Virus record (IMG/VR): IMGVR_UViG_2563366964_000008
Span: 1-32,667 of that record
From: a virus
Lineage: Duplodnaviria; Heunggongvirae; Uroviricota; Caudoviricetes
Length of the DNA stretch: 32,667 nucleotides
Direction: 5' to 3' (one strand)
Shown: piece by piece, positions 15,467-24,896 of the stretch
How positions within the stretch are numbered: the stretch's first letter is position 1
Layout of the letters: every line of letters starts with the position of its first letter
The notes under the pieces: model-generated
What the model was told of the DNA's origin: nothing
Databases searched by the model: none
The model's input: only the letters and a program-made list of their open reading frames with translations
Program-made: the position numbers and the translations under genes

Positions 15467-16707
15467 TGTTCTTTTCGGGATTATTTCAACGAAAAAGTGA
15501 CGCACCGGTGACCACGCCAGCAGAGCTGGCGGATGCTATCGGGTTGTCCTACGACACCTATACCGGAAAGCAGATCAGCAGCCAGCGGGCCATGCGACTG
15601 ACGGCGGTTTTTTCCTGTGTCAGGGTGCTGGCGGAGTCGGTCGGGATGTTGCCCTGCAACCTGTATCACCTGAACGGCAGCCTGAAGCAGAGAGCCACTG
15701 GCGAACGTCTGCATAAGCTGATCTCCACGCATCCCAATGGCTATATGACGCCGCAGGAGTTCTGGGAGCTGGTGGTCACCTGTCTGTGCCTGCGGGGAAA
15801 CTTTTACGCCTACAAAGTGAAAGCATTTGGCGAAGTGGCTGAACTGCTGCCCGTCGATCCCGGCTGTGTGGTACCGAAGCTTAACAGTAGCTGGGAGCCG
15901 GTCTATCAGGTCACATTCCCGGACGGCTCCACGGATGTGCTGAGCCAGGAGGATATCTGGCATGTGCGCACGCTGACGCTGGACGGACTGGTGGGGCTGA
16001 ATCCCGTCGCCTATGCCCGCGAGGCAATATCGCTGGCGGCAGCGACTGAAGAGCACGGGGCCAGACTGTTCAGCAATGGTGCGGTGACGTCGGGTGTGTT
16101 GCGTACAGAGCAGACGCTGTCAGATCAGGCTTATGAGCGCCTGAAGAAAGATTTTGAGGAGCGTCACACCGGGCTTGGCAATGCTCACCGCCCGATGATC
16201 CTTGAGATGGGGCTGGACTGGAAGTCGATGGCGCTGAACGCCGAGGACAGCCAGTTCCTGGAAACCCGCAAGTTTCAGCTTGAAGAAATCTGTCGTCTGT
16301 TCCGGGTACCGTTGCACATGGTGCAGAACACCGATCGCGCCACCTTCAACAATATCGAAGAACTGGGGCTCGGATTTATCAACTATTCACTGGTGCCGTA
16401 TCTGACCCGCATCGAACAGCGGATCAACACCGGACTGGTACGAAAAAGTAAGCAGGGCGTTTATTACGCCAAATTTAACGCCGGGGCGTTACTGCGCGGG
16501 GATATGAAGTCCCGTTTTGAAGCCTACGCCACCGGGATTAACTGGGGAATTTACTCTCCCAATGACTGCCGCGACCTGGAAGATATGAATCCGCGTCCCG
16601 GTGGGGATGTCTATCTCACACCGATGAACATGACCACGAAACCCTCCGATGGCAGTAAAGCCGGTAAGCAGAAGGATAACGCCAATGCAGACGAAACAAC
16701 GTCTTGA
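15466..16707 (+). CDS. Portal protein (HK97 family)
   Basis: 413-aa ORF between terminase and prohead protease; conserved portal-like regions. Confidence 0.9.
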   Translation: MFFSGLFQRKSDAPVTTPAELADAIGLSYDTYTGKQISSQRAMRLTAVFSCVRVLAESVGMLPCNLYHLNGSLKQRATGERLHKLISTHPNGYMTPQEFWELVVTCLCLRGNFYAYKVKAFGEVAELLPVDPGCVVPKLNSSWEPVYQVTFPDGSTDVLSQEDIWHVRTLTLDGLVGLNPVAYAREAISLAAATEEHGARLFSNGAVTSGVLRTEQTLSDQAYERLKKDFEERHTGLGNAHRPMILEMGLDWKSMALNAEDSQFLETRKFQLEEICRLFRVPLHMVQNTDRATFNNIEELGLGFINYSLVPYLTRIEQRINTGLVRKSKQGVYYAKFNAGALLRGDMKSRFEAYATGINWGIYSPNDCRDLEDMNPRPGGDVYLTPMNMTTKPSDGSKAGKQKDNANADETTS

Positions 16708-17335
16708 TGTACCGCTGAGTCTGAAATCTGTCAGTGACTCCGGTGAGTTTGAAGGGTATGGCTCCGTCTTTGGTGTAAAGGACAGCCACGATGATGTGGT
16801 GATGTCCGGGGCATTTGCTGCTTCCCTGCGGGCGTGGAGTGACAGAAAAGCGTTACCTGCGCTGCTCTGGCAGCACCGCATGGATGAGCCCATCGGTGTT
16901 TACACCGAAATGAAGGAAGACGATGTCGGGCTTTACGTCAGGGGGCGGTTGCTCATTGATGATGATCCTCTGGCAAAACGCGCACATGCACACATGAAGG
17001 CCGGTTCGTTAACCGGCCTTTCTATTGGGTACGTCCTGAAGGACTGGGAATACGACCAGACGAAAGAAGCCTTTCTGCTGAAAGAAATCGACCTCTGGGA
17101 AGTCAGTCTGGTGACGTTTCCGTCTAACGACGAGGCGCGGATCAGCGACGTCAAGAACGCGCTGGCCCGCGGGGAAATCCCCGAACAGAAAAAAATCGAA
17201 AGAGTCCTGCGTGATGTCGGACTCTCCCGTACCCAGGCCAAAGCATTCATGGCCGGGGGCTATGGCGCACTGTCCCTGCGCGACGCTGAGGATGTGGGCT
17301 CTGCACTGAATGCACTGAAAAATCTGAACTTCTAA
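16685..17335 (+). CDS. Prohead maturation protease (HK97 family)
   Basis: AAGGA Shine-Dalgarno before the ATG at 16685 (track ORF begins at 16649); protease-like region (HDDVVMSGAF...); overlaps the portal 3' end. Confidence 0.85.
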   Translation: MQTKQRLDVPLSLKSVSDSGEFEGYGSVFGVKDSHDDVVMSGAFAASLRAWSDRKALPALLWQHRMDEPIGVYTEMKEDDVGLYVRGRLLIDDDPLAKRAHAHMKAGSLTGLSIGYVLKDWEYDQTKEAFLLKEIDLWEVSLVTFPSNDEARISDVKNALARGEIPEQKKIERVLRDVGLSRTQAKAFMAGGYGALSLRDAEDVGSALNALKNLNF

Positions 17336-17349
17336 TCAGGAGAAATACG

Positions 17350-18555
17350 ATGGCGGTTGATATTAAAGATGTCGAACAGGTCGCGCAGGAGCTGCAGCAG
17401 AAGTTTGACGACTTCAAAGCAAAGAACGACAAGCGCGTGGATGCGATTGAGCAGGAAAAAGGCAAACTTGCCGGGCAGGTGGAAACCCTGAACGGGAAAC
17501 TCAGCGAGCTGGAAAACCTCAAAAGCGATCTTGAAAAAGAGCTGCTTGAGCTGAAACGTCCGGCAGGTGGTGCGCAAAATAAACTGGCCACCGAGCATAA
17601 AGAGGCGTTTGTGGGCTTCCTGCGTAAAGGCCGTGAAGACGGTCTGCGCGATCTGGAGCGTAAGGCATTGCAGGTGGGCACCGATGAAGACGGTGGCTAC
17701 GCCGTGCCGGAAGAACTGGATCGCAACATTCTTAACCTGCTGAAAGATGAAGTGGTGATGCGTCAGGAAGCCACGGTGATCACCGTTGGTGGTTCCGACT
17801 ACAAAAAACTGGTGAATCTGGGCGGCACGGCTTCCGGATGGGTTGGCGAGACTGACGCGCGCTCCCAGACTGCCACCTCAAAACTGGGGCTGATTGAACC
17901 TTTCATGGGGGAAATCTACGGTAACCCGCAGGCCACCCAGAAAATGCTGGATGATGCCTTTTTCAACGTGGAGGCCTGGATCAACAGCGAGCTGGCAACC
18001 GAATTTGCCGAACAGGAAGAAATTGCCTTTACCACCGGCGATGGTACCAAGAAGCCGAAAGGGTTCCTGGCGTATGAATCCACGGATGAAACCGATAAGG
18101 TCCGGGCGTTCGGCAAACTTCAGCATATTGTATCCGGCGACGCGACTGCGGTGACCGCAGACGCCATTATCAAACTGATTTACACGCTGCGAAAGGCACA
18201 CCGCACTGGCGCGAAGTTCATGATGAACAACAACAGCCTGTTTGCCATCCGTCTGCTGAAAGACACCGAGGGTAACTATCTGTGGCGTCCGGGGCTGGAA
18301 CTGGGGCAGCCGTCCTCTCTGGCGGGTTACGGTATCGCTGAAAACGAACAGATGCCGGATATCGCCGCTGATGCGAAAGCCATTGCATTTGGTAACTTCA
18401 AACGGGGTTACACCATCGTTGACCGTATCGGCACCCGCATTCTGCGTGACCCGTACACCAATAAACCGTTTGTCGGTTTTTATACCACCAAACGCACCGG
18501 CGGCATGCTGGTCGATTCGCAGGCCATCAAACTGCTGAAGATTGCAGTGGCGTAA
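17350..18555 (+). CDS. Major capsid protein (HK97 fold) with N-terminal coiled-coil delta/scaffold domain
   Basis: 401-aa ORF; N-terminal 100 aa coiled-coil (scaffold-like); C-terminal region typical of HK97-family capsid proteins. Confidence 0.95.
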   Translation: MAVDIKDVEQVAQELQQKFDDFKAKNDKRVDAIEQEKGKLAGQVETLNGKLSELENLKSDLEKELLELKRPAGGAQNKLATEHKEAFVGFLRKGREDGLRDLERKALQVGTDEDGGYAVPEELDRNILNLLKDEVVMRQEATVITVGGSDYKKLVNLGGTASGWVGETDARSQTATSKLGLIEPFMGEIYGNPQATQKMLDDAFFNVEAWINSELATEFAEQEEIAFTTGDGTKKPKGFLAYESTDETDKVRAFGKLQHIVSGDATAVTADAIIKLIYTLRKAHRTGAKFMMNNNSLFAIRLLKDTEGNYLWRPGLELGQPSSLAGYGIAENEQMPDIAADAKAIAFGNFKRGYTIVDRIGTRILRDPYTNKPFVGFYTTKRTGGMLVDSQAIKLLKIAVA

Positions 18556-18561
18556 TCACTC

Positions 18562-18583
18562 AGGGGCGCGGAACCGCGCCCCT
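18562..18583 (+). other. Hairpin after the capsid gene (aggggcgcg gaac cgcgcccct)
   Basis: Perfect 9-bp GC-rich stem; weak T-run, so possibly an attenuator or mRNA-stability element. Confidence 0.35.
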
Positions 18584-18603
18584 GTTCTGATGGGTGAAGA
18601 ATC

Positions 18604-18804
18604 ATGATCCTGAAACAAGATCTGAAATGGTCACCGGACGGTATGCGTGTTGAGGTCATTCGGGCCGGTGAGTATGACGACGGGGCGCTTCCTGCCCGGG
18701 TGCAGGAGGTTGCACTTCAGGCCGGGTTAGCAGAGCGCGGAACCAGTGCAAAAAGCAGTAAAGCGACAAAAGAGAAAAAAGCCACGACCAGTAAAGAGGG
18801 CTGA
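18604..18804 (+). CDS. Hypothetical small protein with Lys-rich C-terminus
   Basis: 66-aa ORF between capsid and connector genes. Confidence 0.4.
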   Translation: MILKQDLKWSPDGMRVEVIRAGEYDDGALPARVQEVALQAGLAERGTSAKSSKATKEKKATTSKEG

Positions 18805-18806
18805 GT

Positions 18807-19130
18807 ATGCTTCTGACAATGGAAGAGATTAAAGCCCAACTCCGGCTGGATGAGGATTTCGATGCTGATGACCGCCATCTGCAACTGCTGGCCTGTGCGG
18901 CACAAAAGCGGACGGAAACGTATCTGAACCGGAAGCTCTATGCACCGGATGAAACCATTCCGGACAGCGATCCGGACGGGCTGCACCTGCCGGATGATAT
19001 TCGTCTGGGGATGCTGATGCTTATCAGCCATTTTTACGAAAACCGCTCGTCGGTTACGGAAGTGGAGAAACTCGACATGCCGCAGAGTTTTGGCTGGCTT
19101 GTCGGCCCGTACAGGTACTTTCCGCAATGA
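18807..19130 (+). CDS. Head-tail connector / DNA-packaging protein (gp6-like)
   Basis: 107-aa ORF; N-terminal EEIKAQLRLDEDFDADD motif typical of gp6-like connectors. Confidence 0.75.
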   Translation: MLLTMEEIKAQLRLDEDFDADDRHLQLLACAAQKRTETYLNRKLYAPDETIPDSDPDGLHLPDDIRLGMLMLISHFYENRSSVTEVEKLDMPQSFGWLVGPYRYFPQ

Positions 19131-19537
19131 AAATTCGTCAGGCGCAGACCAGCGCAACCTACATTCTGCCGGACCCCGGTGAACTGAATAAACGCGTCCT
19201 GATCCGCCAGCGGGTGGATATGCCCGCGGATAACTTTGGCGTGGAGCCTCAATACCCGGTTACGTTCCGGACATGGGCGAAGGTTATCCAGACCAGTGCC
19301 ACCACCTGGCAGGAAACCGCGCAGACCGGGGACGCCATCACCCATTACATCACCATTCGTTACCGCCGGGGGATCACCGCTGATTATGAGGTGGTCTGCG
19401 GTGACAGTGTGTACCGGGTGAAACGTCAGCGCGATCTGAACGGGGCGCGGCGCTTTCTGCTGCTGGAGTGTACGGAGCTGGGCGAATGTAGGCAGAGTCA
19501 CGGAGGCAACAATGACGACTTCCTTTTTGCACGTTGA
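19127..19537 (+). CDS. Head closure / head-tail joining protein
   Basis: 136-aa ORF; conserved position and size; HYITIRYR motif. Confidence 0.7.
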   Translation: MKIRQAQTSATYILPDPGELNKRVLIRQRVDMPADNFGVEPQYPVTFRTWAKVIQTSATTWQETAQTGDAITHYITIRYRRGITADYEVVCGDSVYRVKRQRDLNGARRFLLLECTELGECRQSHGGNNDDFLFAR

Positions 19538-20018
19538 TTTTCAGCAGCCCGCGGAGATGCGCTTTAACCGCGCCCGTGTCCGGCGGGCGTTTGTCACGAT
19601 TGGTCAGCGTCATATGCGTGATGCCCGTCGGCTGGTGATGCGCCGTGCGCGGTCGGCACCGGGTGAAAACCCCGGTTATCAGACCGGACGCCTGGCTCGT
19701 TCGATTGGTTACATGGTACCCAGAGCCAGTAAACATCGCCCTGGTTTTATGGCACGTATAGCCCCTAACCAGCGTAATGGAGAGGGAAACCGCCGTATCA
19801 CCGGTGATTTTTATCCGGCTTTTTTGTTCTATGGCGTGAGGCGAGGGGCAAAGCGTCGTCGCAGCCATCATCGTGGTGCATCCGGTGGCAGCGGCTGGCG
19901 ACTGGCTCCACGTAATAACTTCATGGTGGAAACGCTTGAAAAGAACCGCAGCTGGACACGCTATTTTCTGGCGCGGGAATTGCGTAAATCACTGAAGCCG
20001 GAGCGACGACACAGATGA
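19512..20018 (+). CDS. HK97 gp10-like head-tail component
   Basis: 168-aa basic protein; ENPGYQTGRLARSI motif. Confidence 0.7.
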   Translation: MTTSFLHVDFQQPAEMRFNRARVRRAFVTIGQRHMRDARRLVMRRARSAPGENPGYQTGRLARSIGYMVPRASKHRPGFMARIAPNQRNGEGNRRITGDFYPAFLFYGVRRGAKRRRSHHRGASGGSGWRLAPRNNFMVETLEKNRSWTRYFLARELRKSLKPERRHR

Positions 20019-20575
20019 AACTGACGCCTGTTATTGCTGCACTGCGTGCCCGCTGTCCGTATTTTGAAAACCGGGTCGCAGGCGCGGCCCAGTTCAAAAA
20101 TCTGCCGGAGGTCGGAAAGCTGAAACTCCCGGCGGCATATGTTGTACCGGGTGATGATTCTCCGGGAGAAAACAAAAGCCAGACCGACTACTGGCAGGAG
20201 CTGAAAGAGGGTTTCTCCGTGGTTGTCATACTGAGTAACGGGCGTGATGAGCGCGGTCAGTTTGCCTCGTATGATGTGGTGGACGATGTCCGGCAGATGC
20301 TCTTTAAGGCTCTGCTGGGCTGGAACCCGGAGGCGTGCGGTAACCCGATTACCTATGACGGCGGCACGCTGCTGGATCTGAATCGTCATGAGCTGATTTA
20401 TCAGTTCGATTTTTCGGTCATCAGCGAGCTGACTGAAGACGATACCCGCCAGCAGGATGATCTGAACAGTCTGGATGAACTGCAAACGCTGGCGATTGAT
20501 GTTGATTATCTCGAGCCCGGTAACGGGCCTGACGGCGATATCGAACATCACACCGAAATAACCCTTCCTTCCTGA
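20015..20575 (+). CDS. Tail completion / tail terminator-like protein (Mu gp37-like, tentative)
   Basis: 186-aa acidic protein positioned between head-tail joining genes and the sheath gene. Confidence 0.5.
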   Translation: MKLTPVIAALRARCPYFENRVAGAAQFKNLPEVGKLKLPAAYVVPGDDSPGENKSQTDYWQELKEGFSVVVILSNGRDERGQFASYDVVDDVRQMLFKALLGWNPEACGNPITYDGGTLLDLNRHELIYQFDFSVISELTEDDTRQQDDLNSLDELQTLAIDVDYLEPGNGPDGDIEHHTEITLPS

Positions 20576-20583
20576 GGATCCTC

Positions 20584-20754
20584 ATGTTTGTCAAACCTGT
20601 TAAAGGGCGGTCAGTTCCTGACCCTGCCCGCGGCGACCTTTTGCCCGCCGAAGGGCGAAATGTTGACGAGAACAACTACTGGCTGCGCCGTGAAGCAGCG
20701 GGTGATATCCGGCGCGTGAATAAAAAGGTGAATACCGATGACGATAAGCTTTAA
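20584..20754 (+). CDS. Hypothetical 56-aa protein upstream of and overlapping the sheath gene; absent from the ORF track
   Basis: GAGG Shine-Dalgarno about 6 nt before the ATG at 20584; translation MFVKPVKGRSVPDPARGDLLPAEGRNVDENNYWLRREAAGDIRRVNKKVNTDDDKL. Confidence 0.35.
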   Translation: MFVKPVKGRSVPDPARGDLLPAEGRNVDENNYWLRREAAGDIRRVNKKVNTDDDKL

Positions 20755-22234
20755 CACCATTCCGTCGAATACGCTGGTTCCGTTGTTTTATGCGGAAATG
20801 GATAACCAGGCGGCGAATACTGCACAGGACAGCGGAGCATCGCTGCTGATTGGTCATGCCAATAACGGTGCAGAGATTGTTGCCAACAGTCTGGTACTGA
20901 TGCCGTCGGCAGACTATGCACGCCAGATTTGTGGTGCGGGAAGTCAGCTGGCGCGTATGGTCGAGGCTTATCGCCAGACTGACCCGTTTGGCGAGCTGTA
21001 TGTGATTGCCGTTCCTGAATCCACAGGCGCGGCGGCAACGGTTACGCTGACGGTGACCGGGGCGGCAACCGAAACCGGCACGGTGAATGTGTATGTGGGA
21101 CGTACCCGCGTGCAGGCACCGGTGACTAACGGCGATAACGTCACGATGATTGCCAGCAGTATCCAGGATGCCATCAATGCCGTTCCGACCCTGCCGTTTA
21201 CGGCTTCATCTTCGGCAGGCGTGGTCACACTGACCGCGCGTCATAAGGGGCTTTGCGGGAATGAAATTCCTGTCAGCCTCAATTACTACGGCTTTGGTGG
21301 GGGCGAAGTGCTGCCAGCGGGCGTACAGATTGCCGTGGCGACGGGTACCGCCGGAACGGGTGCTCCGGTTCTCACCGGCGCGGTGGCTGCAATGGCGGAT
21401 GAGCCGTTTGATTATATCGGCCTGCCGTTCAACGACACGGCCTCCGTTAACACGCTGGTGACCGAGATGAACGATACCAGCGGTCGCTGGAGCTATGCGC
21501 GTCAGCTGTATGGTCATGTGTATACGGCAAAGATCGGCACGCTGTCAGAACTGGTGACCGCAGGTGACCAGTTTAACCAGCAGCACATTACCCTGGCGGG
21601 GTACGAAAAAGACACCCAGACGCCTGCCGACGAGCTGGCGGCAAGCCGTACCGCCCGCGCAGCGGTGTTTATCCGCAACGATCCGGCACGTCCCACGCAG
21701 ACCGGTGAGCTGGTGGGTATGCAGCCTGCGCCGAAGGGGAAACGGTTCACGATGACCGAACAACAGACCTTGCTGTCTCATGGCGTGGCAACGGCGTATG
21801 TCGAAAGCGGGGTACTGCGCATTCAGCGTGATGTCACCACGTACAGGAAAAACGCTTACGGGGTTGCGGATAACAGCTACCTCGACAGCGAGACGCTGCA
21901 TACCAGTGCGTATGTACTGCGCAAACTGAAATCCGTCATTACCAGTAAGTACGGGCGTCACAAGCTTGCCAGCGACGGTACCCGCTTTGGTCCCGGTCAG
22001 GCGATTGTCACCCCGGCGGTGATCAAAGGGGAACTGCTGGCAACCTACCGTCAGCTTGAGCGTGCGGGGATCGTGGAAAACTACGAACTTTTTAAGCAGT
22101 ACCTGGTTGTGGAGCGTGATGCCAGCGATCCGAACCGCCTGAACACGCTGTTCCCGCCTGACTATGTTAACCAGTTGCGTGTCTTTGCCGTGGTTAACCA
22201 GTTCCGTCTTCAGTATTCAGAGGAGTCCGCATAA
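20738..22234 (+). CDS. Contractile tail sheath protein (Mu gpL-like)
   Basis: 498-aa ORF; sheath-family pattern; followed by tube and chaperone genes. Confidence 0.9.
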   Translation: MTISFNTIPSNTLVPLFYAEMDNQAANTAQDSGASLLIGHANNGAEIVANSLVLMPSADYARQICGAGSQLARMVEAYRQTDPFGELYVIAVPESTGAAATVTLTVTGAATETGTVNVYVGRTRVQAPVTNGDNVTMIASSIQDAINAVPTLPFTASSSAGVVTLTARHKGLCGNEIPVSLNYYGFGGGEVLPAGVQIAVATGTAGTGAPVLTGAVAAMADEPFDYIGLPFNDTASVNTLVTEMNDTSGRWSYARQLYGHVYTAKIGTLSELVTAGDQFNQQHITLAGYEKDTQTPADELAASRTARAAVFIRNDPARPTQTGELVGMQPAPKGKRFTMTEQQTLLSHGVATAYVESGVLRIQRDVTTYRKNAYGVADNSYLDSETLHTSAYVLRKLKSVITSKYGRHKLASDGTRFGPGQAIVTPAVIKGELLATYRQLERAGIVENYELFKQYLVVERDASDPNRLNTLFPPDYVNQLRVFAVVNQFRLQYSEESA

Positions 22235-22590
22235 TGGCCCGTATCGGGGGAACCTGTTATTTCAAAATTGACGGTCAGCAGCTATCGCTGACCGGCGGCA
22301 TTGAGGTGCCCATGAACAGGACGGTCAATGATGACATCATCGGCCTGGACGGTTCAGTGGACCGCAAGGAAACTCACCGTGCGCCTTATGTTAAAGGGAC
22401 CTTCAAGGTGCCGAAGAATTTTCCGGTGAGCAAAATCACCTCGTCTGATGAGATGACCATCACTGCCGAGCTGGCGAACGGTCAGGTCTATGTACTGTCG
22501 TCTGCCTGGCTGCACGGCGAAGCGAACCATAATGCCGAAGAAGGGACGGTTGATCTTGAGTTCCACGGTGAAGAAGGGGATTACCAGTAA
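22234..22590 (+). CDS. Tail tube protein (Mu gpM-like)
   Basis: 118-aa ORF immediately after the sheath gene. Confidence 0.8.
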   Translation: MARIGGTCYFKIDGQQLSLTGGIEVPMNRTVNDDIIGLDGSVDRKETHRAPYVKGTFKVPKNFPVSKITSSDEMTITAELANGQVYVLSSAWLHGEANHNAEEGTVDLEFHGEEGDYQ

Positions 22591-22859
22591 TGAAAGAGCT
22601 TGAGTTAAAGAAACCGATTACCGCTCATGGCGAGACACTCTCCGTACTGGAGTTTGATGAGCCCACCGGGAAAGATGTCCGCGAGCTGGGGTATCCCTAC
22701 CAGATGAATCAGGATGAGTCCGTCAGACTTCTGGCGCATGTGGTATCGAAATACATTGTGCGGCTGGCGAAAGTGCCGCAAAACTCTGTCGACCAGATGT
22801 CTCCGGCAGACCTGAATGCAGCGGCGTGGCTTGTGGCTGGTTTTTTCCTCCAGGCCTGA
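22590..22859 (+). CDS. Tail assembly chaperone (G-like)
   Basis: 89-aa ORF between tube and tape measure genes; contains the slippery heptamer TTTTTTC near its 3' end. Confidence 0.7.
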   Translation: MKELELKKPITAHGETLSVLEFDEPTGKDVRELGYPYQMNQDESVRLLAHVVSKYIVRLAKVPQNSVDQMSPADLNAAAWLVAGFFLQA

Positions 22860-23008
22860 CGGCTGAATACCTCACTGATCGCTTCTTTGACTGCGCCAGC
22901 TACTGGCGCATTAATCCCTTCGAATTGCTGAATATGCCGATCAGTGAAATTCCCTTGCTGGTCAGTCAGGCAAACAGGATAGAGCAGGAGAAACGCACAC
23001 ATGGCTGA
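22590..23008 (+). CDS. Tail assembly chaperone -1 frameshift product (G-T-like fusion), shift at TTTTTTC 22841..22847
   Basis: The -1 frame is open from the slippery site to 23008 (track ORF 22826..23008), ending at the tape-measure start. Confidence 0.5.
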
Positions 23009-24836
23009 ATTTGAGCTTAAGGCGTTGATCACCGGTGTCGACAGGCTTTCTCCCGCGCTGTCGAAAATGCAAAAGAAAATCCGGGGATTTAAACGCCAGG
23101 CGGAAGAAGCGTCACAGGGTGGGCTGGCGCTTGGTGGCGGATTGGCAGCGGGTCTGACGCTTTCCCTGAAATCTTATGCCGATCAGGAAAACGCCGCCAC
23201 CGGGCTGAAAGTCGCCATGATGGATGCGAACGGCGAGGTTGGAAAGCGCTTTCAGGACATCAATAAACTGGCTATTGGCCTGGGTAACCAGCTACCCGGT
23301 ACAACAGCTGATTTTCAGAACATGATGCAGATGCTGGTGCGTCAGGGGATCCCGGCAGAAAACATTCTTGGCGGTGTGGGTAAAGCGACAGCTTATCTTG
23401 CGGTACAACTGAAAAAAACACCGGAAGCGGCTGCCGAGTTTGCCGCAAAGATGCAGGATGCTACCGGAACGGTCTCAGAAGACATGATGGGGCTGTTCGA
23501 CACAATTCAGAAGGCGTTTTATCTGGGCGTTGACGACACCAACATGCTGTCATTCTTCACTAAAACCAGCTCTGTTCTGAAGATGGTGAACAAGGACGGT
23601 CTTCAGGCTGCACAGAGTCTTGCCCCCATCAGTGTCATGATGGATCAGATGGGGATGAACGGGGAGTCGGCAGGTAATGCCCTGCGAAAAGTTATCCAGT
23701 CCGGATTAAGCGTTAAGAAAATCAGGGACGTCAATAAAGTCATGGCCCGCCAGAAACTCGGGGTACAGCTCGATTTTACTGACGGCAAAGGAAGTTTTGG
23801 CGGTCTTGATAACATGTTCAGGCAACTGGCAAAGCTGCGAAAACTGACCGACGTTAAGCGAACAGGTGTACTTAAGGCAATATTTGGTGATGATGCCGAA
23901 ACCCTTCAGGTGGTCAATGCACTGATCGATAAAGGAAAGGATGGCTACGATCAGATCCAGCAGAAGATGAATAAACAGGCCAGCCTGAATAAACGTGTTC
24001 AGGCCCAGCTTGGTACGCTGTCCAACCTGTGGGAGGCAATGACGGGGACCGCAACTAACGGCCTTGCGGCTATTGGCGGCGCATTTTCTGGTGACGCCAA
24101 AAATATCACGCAATGGCTGGGGGAGTTGGGGGAAAAATTCACGAAGTTTGCGGATGAAAATCCCCGGGTTATTCGCGGCGTCGTCGGGCTTGCTGCCGGT
24201 CTTGCGATTCTGAAACTGGGATTGATGGGCGTTGGCGGTGCCATCAGTATTGTCAGCAGGATCATGTCGATGACGCCGATTGGAATGATTGCGACGGCGA
24301 TAGCCCTGGCTGCGGGATTAATTATCACTAACTGGGATGTTGTCGGACCTTATTTCAAGAAGCTCTGGGAAACCATTGGTCCTTATTTTGAGGCTGGCCG
24401 GGAACGTCTGAAGAAGGTTTTTGCCTGGTCGCCGCTGGGGATGGTAATCAATAACTGGGGACCGGTTGTTAAGTGGTTTCAGGATATGTGGGACAAACTG
24501 AAGCCAATTATTGAGTGGTTTACCGACAGTTCCGGTGACACGGTCGATGCCATTAACTCTGCGCAGTGGGGCGCGGGTGCTTATGATGCTTATGGGACGG
24601 GAATACCGGCACGGGGATACACACCTTATCAGGCGGTAGATCCGGCTCAGTCAAACAACGCCTCCGGTGCCACAGGCCCGAATCCCTTCATGATTAACAA
24701 AGCTTCTGCGCCAAAAGTTGATGGTGAGATCAAGGTCTCTTTTGTGAATTCGCCTCCGGGTATGCGGGTTATGGAAACGCGATCCAGCGGTTTTGATGTC
24801 AGCCATGATGTTGGCTATACGCGCTTTGGCAGGTAA
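23001..24836 (+). CDS. Tail tape measure protein
   Basis: 611-aa ORF, Ala/Gly-rich with hydrophobic segments, located after the chaperone genes. Confidence 0.9.
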   Translation: MAEFELKALITGVDRLSPALSKMQKKIRGFKRQAEEASQGGLALGGGLAAGLTLSLKSYADQENAATGLKVAMMDANGEVGKRFQDINKLAIGLGNQLPGTTADFQNMMQMLVRQGIPAENILGGVGKATAYLAVQLKKTPEAAAEFAAKMQDATGTVSEDMMGLFDTIQKAFYLGVDDTNMLSFFTKTSSVLKMVNKDGLQAAQSLAPISVMMDQMGMNGESAGNALRKVIQSGLSVKKIRDVNKVMARQKLGVQLDFTDGKGSFGGLDNMFRQLAKLRKLTDVKRTGVLKAIFGDDAETLQVVNALIDKGKDGYDQIQQKMNKQASLNKRVQAQLGTLSNLWEAMTGTATNGLAAIGGAFSGDAKNITQWLGELGEKFTKFADENPRVIRGVVGLAAGLAILKLGLMGVGGAISIVSRIMSMTPIGMIATAIALAAGLIITNWDVVGPYFKKLWETIGPYFEAGRERLKKVFAWSPLGMVINNWGPVVKWFQDMWDKLKPIIEWFTDSSGDTVDAINSAQWGAGAYDAYGTGIPARGYTPYQAVDPAQSNNASGATGPNPFMINKASAPKVDGEIKVSFVNSPPGMRVMETRSSGFDVSHDVGYTRFGR

Positions 24837-24896
24837 TGAAAAATTAATCTGTTAATGAGTCCCACTCCGGTGGGATTTTTTATGTACGGAGTTTAT

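Noticed and set aside
15481-16056. 191-aa minus-strand ORF inside the portal gene
   Set aside because: Antisense to the portal gene; no ribosome-binding site; composition typical of GC-rich antisense frames.
17247-17681. 144-aa minus-strand ORF antisense to the capsid N-terminus
   Set aside because: Ser/Arg/Pro-rich low-complexity translation; antisense to a highly confident capsid gene.
19961-20551. 196-aa minus-strand ORF inside the tail-completion gene
   Set aside because: Antisense to a structural gene in a tightly packed co-directional operon; no start context.
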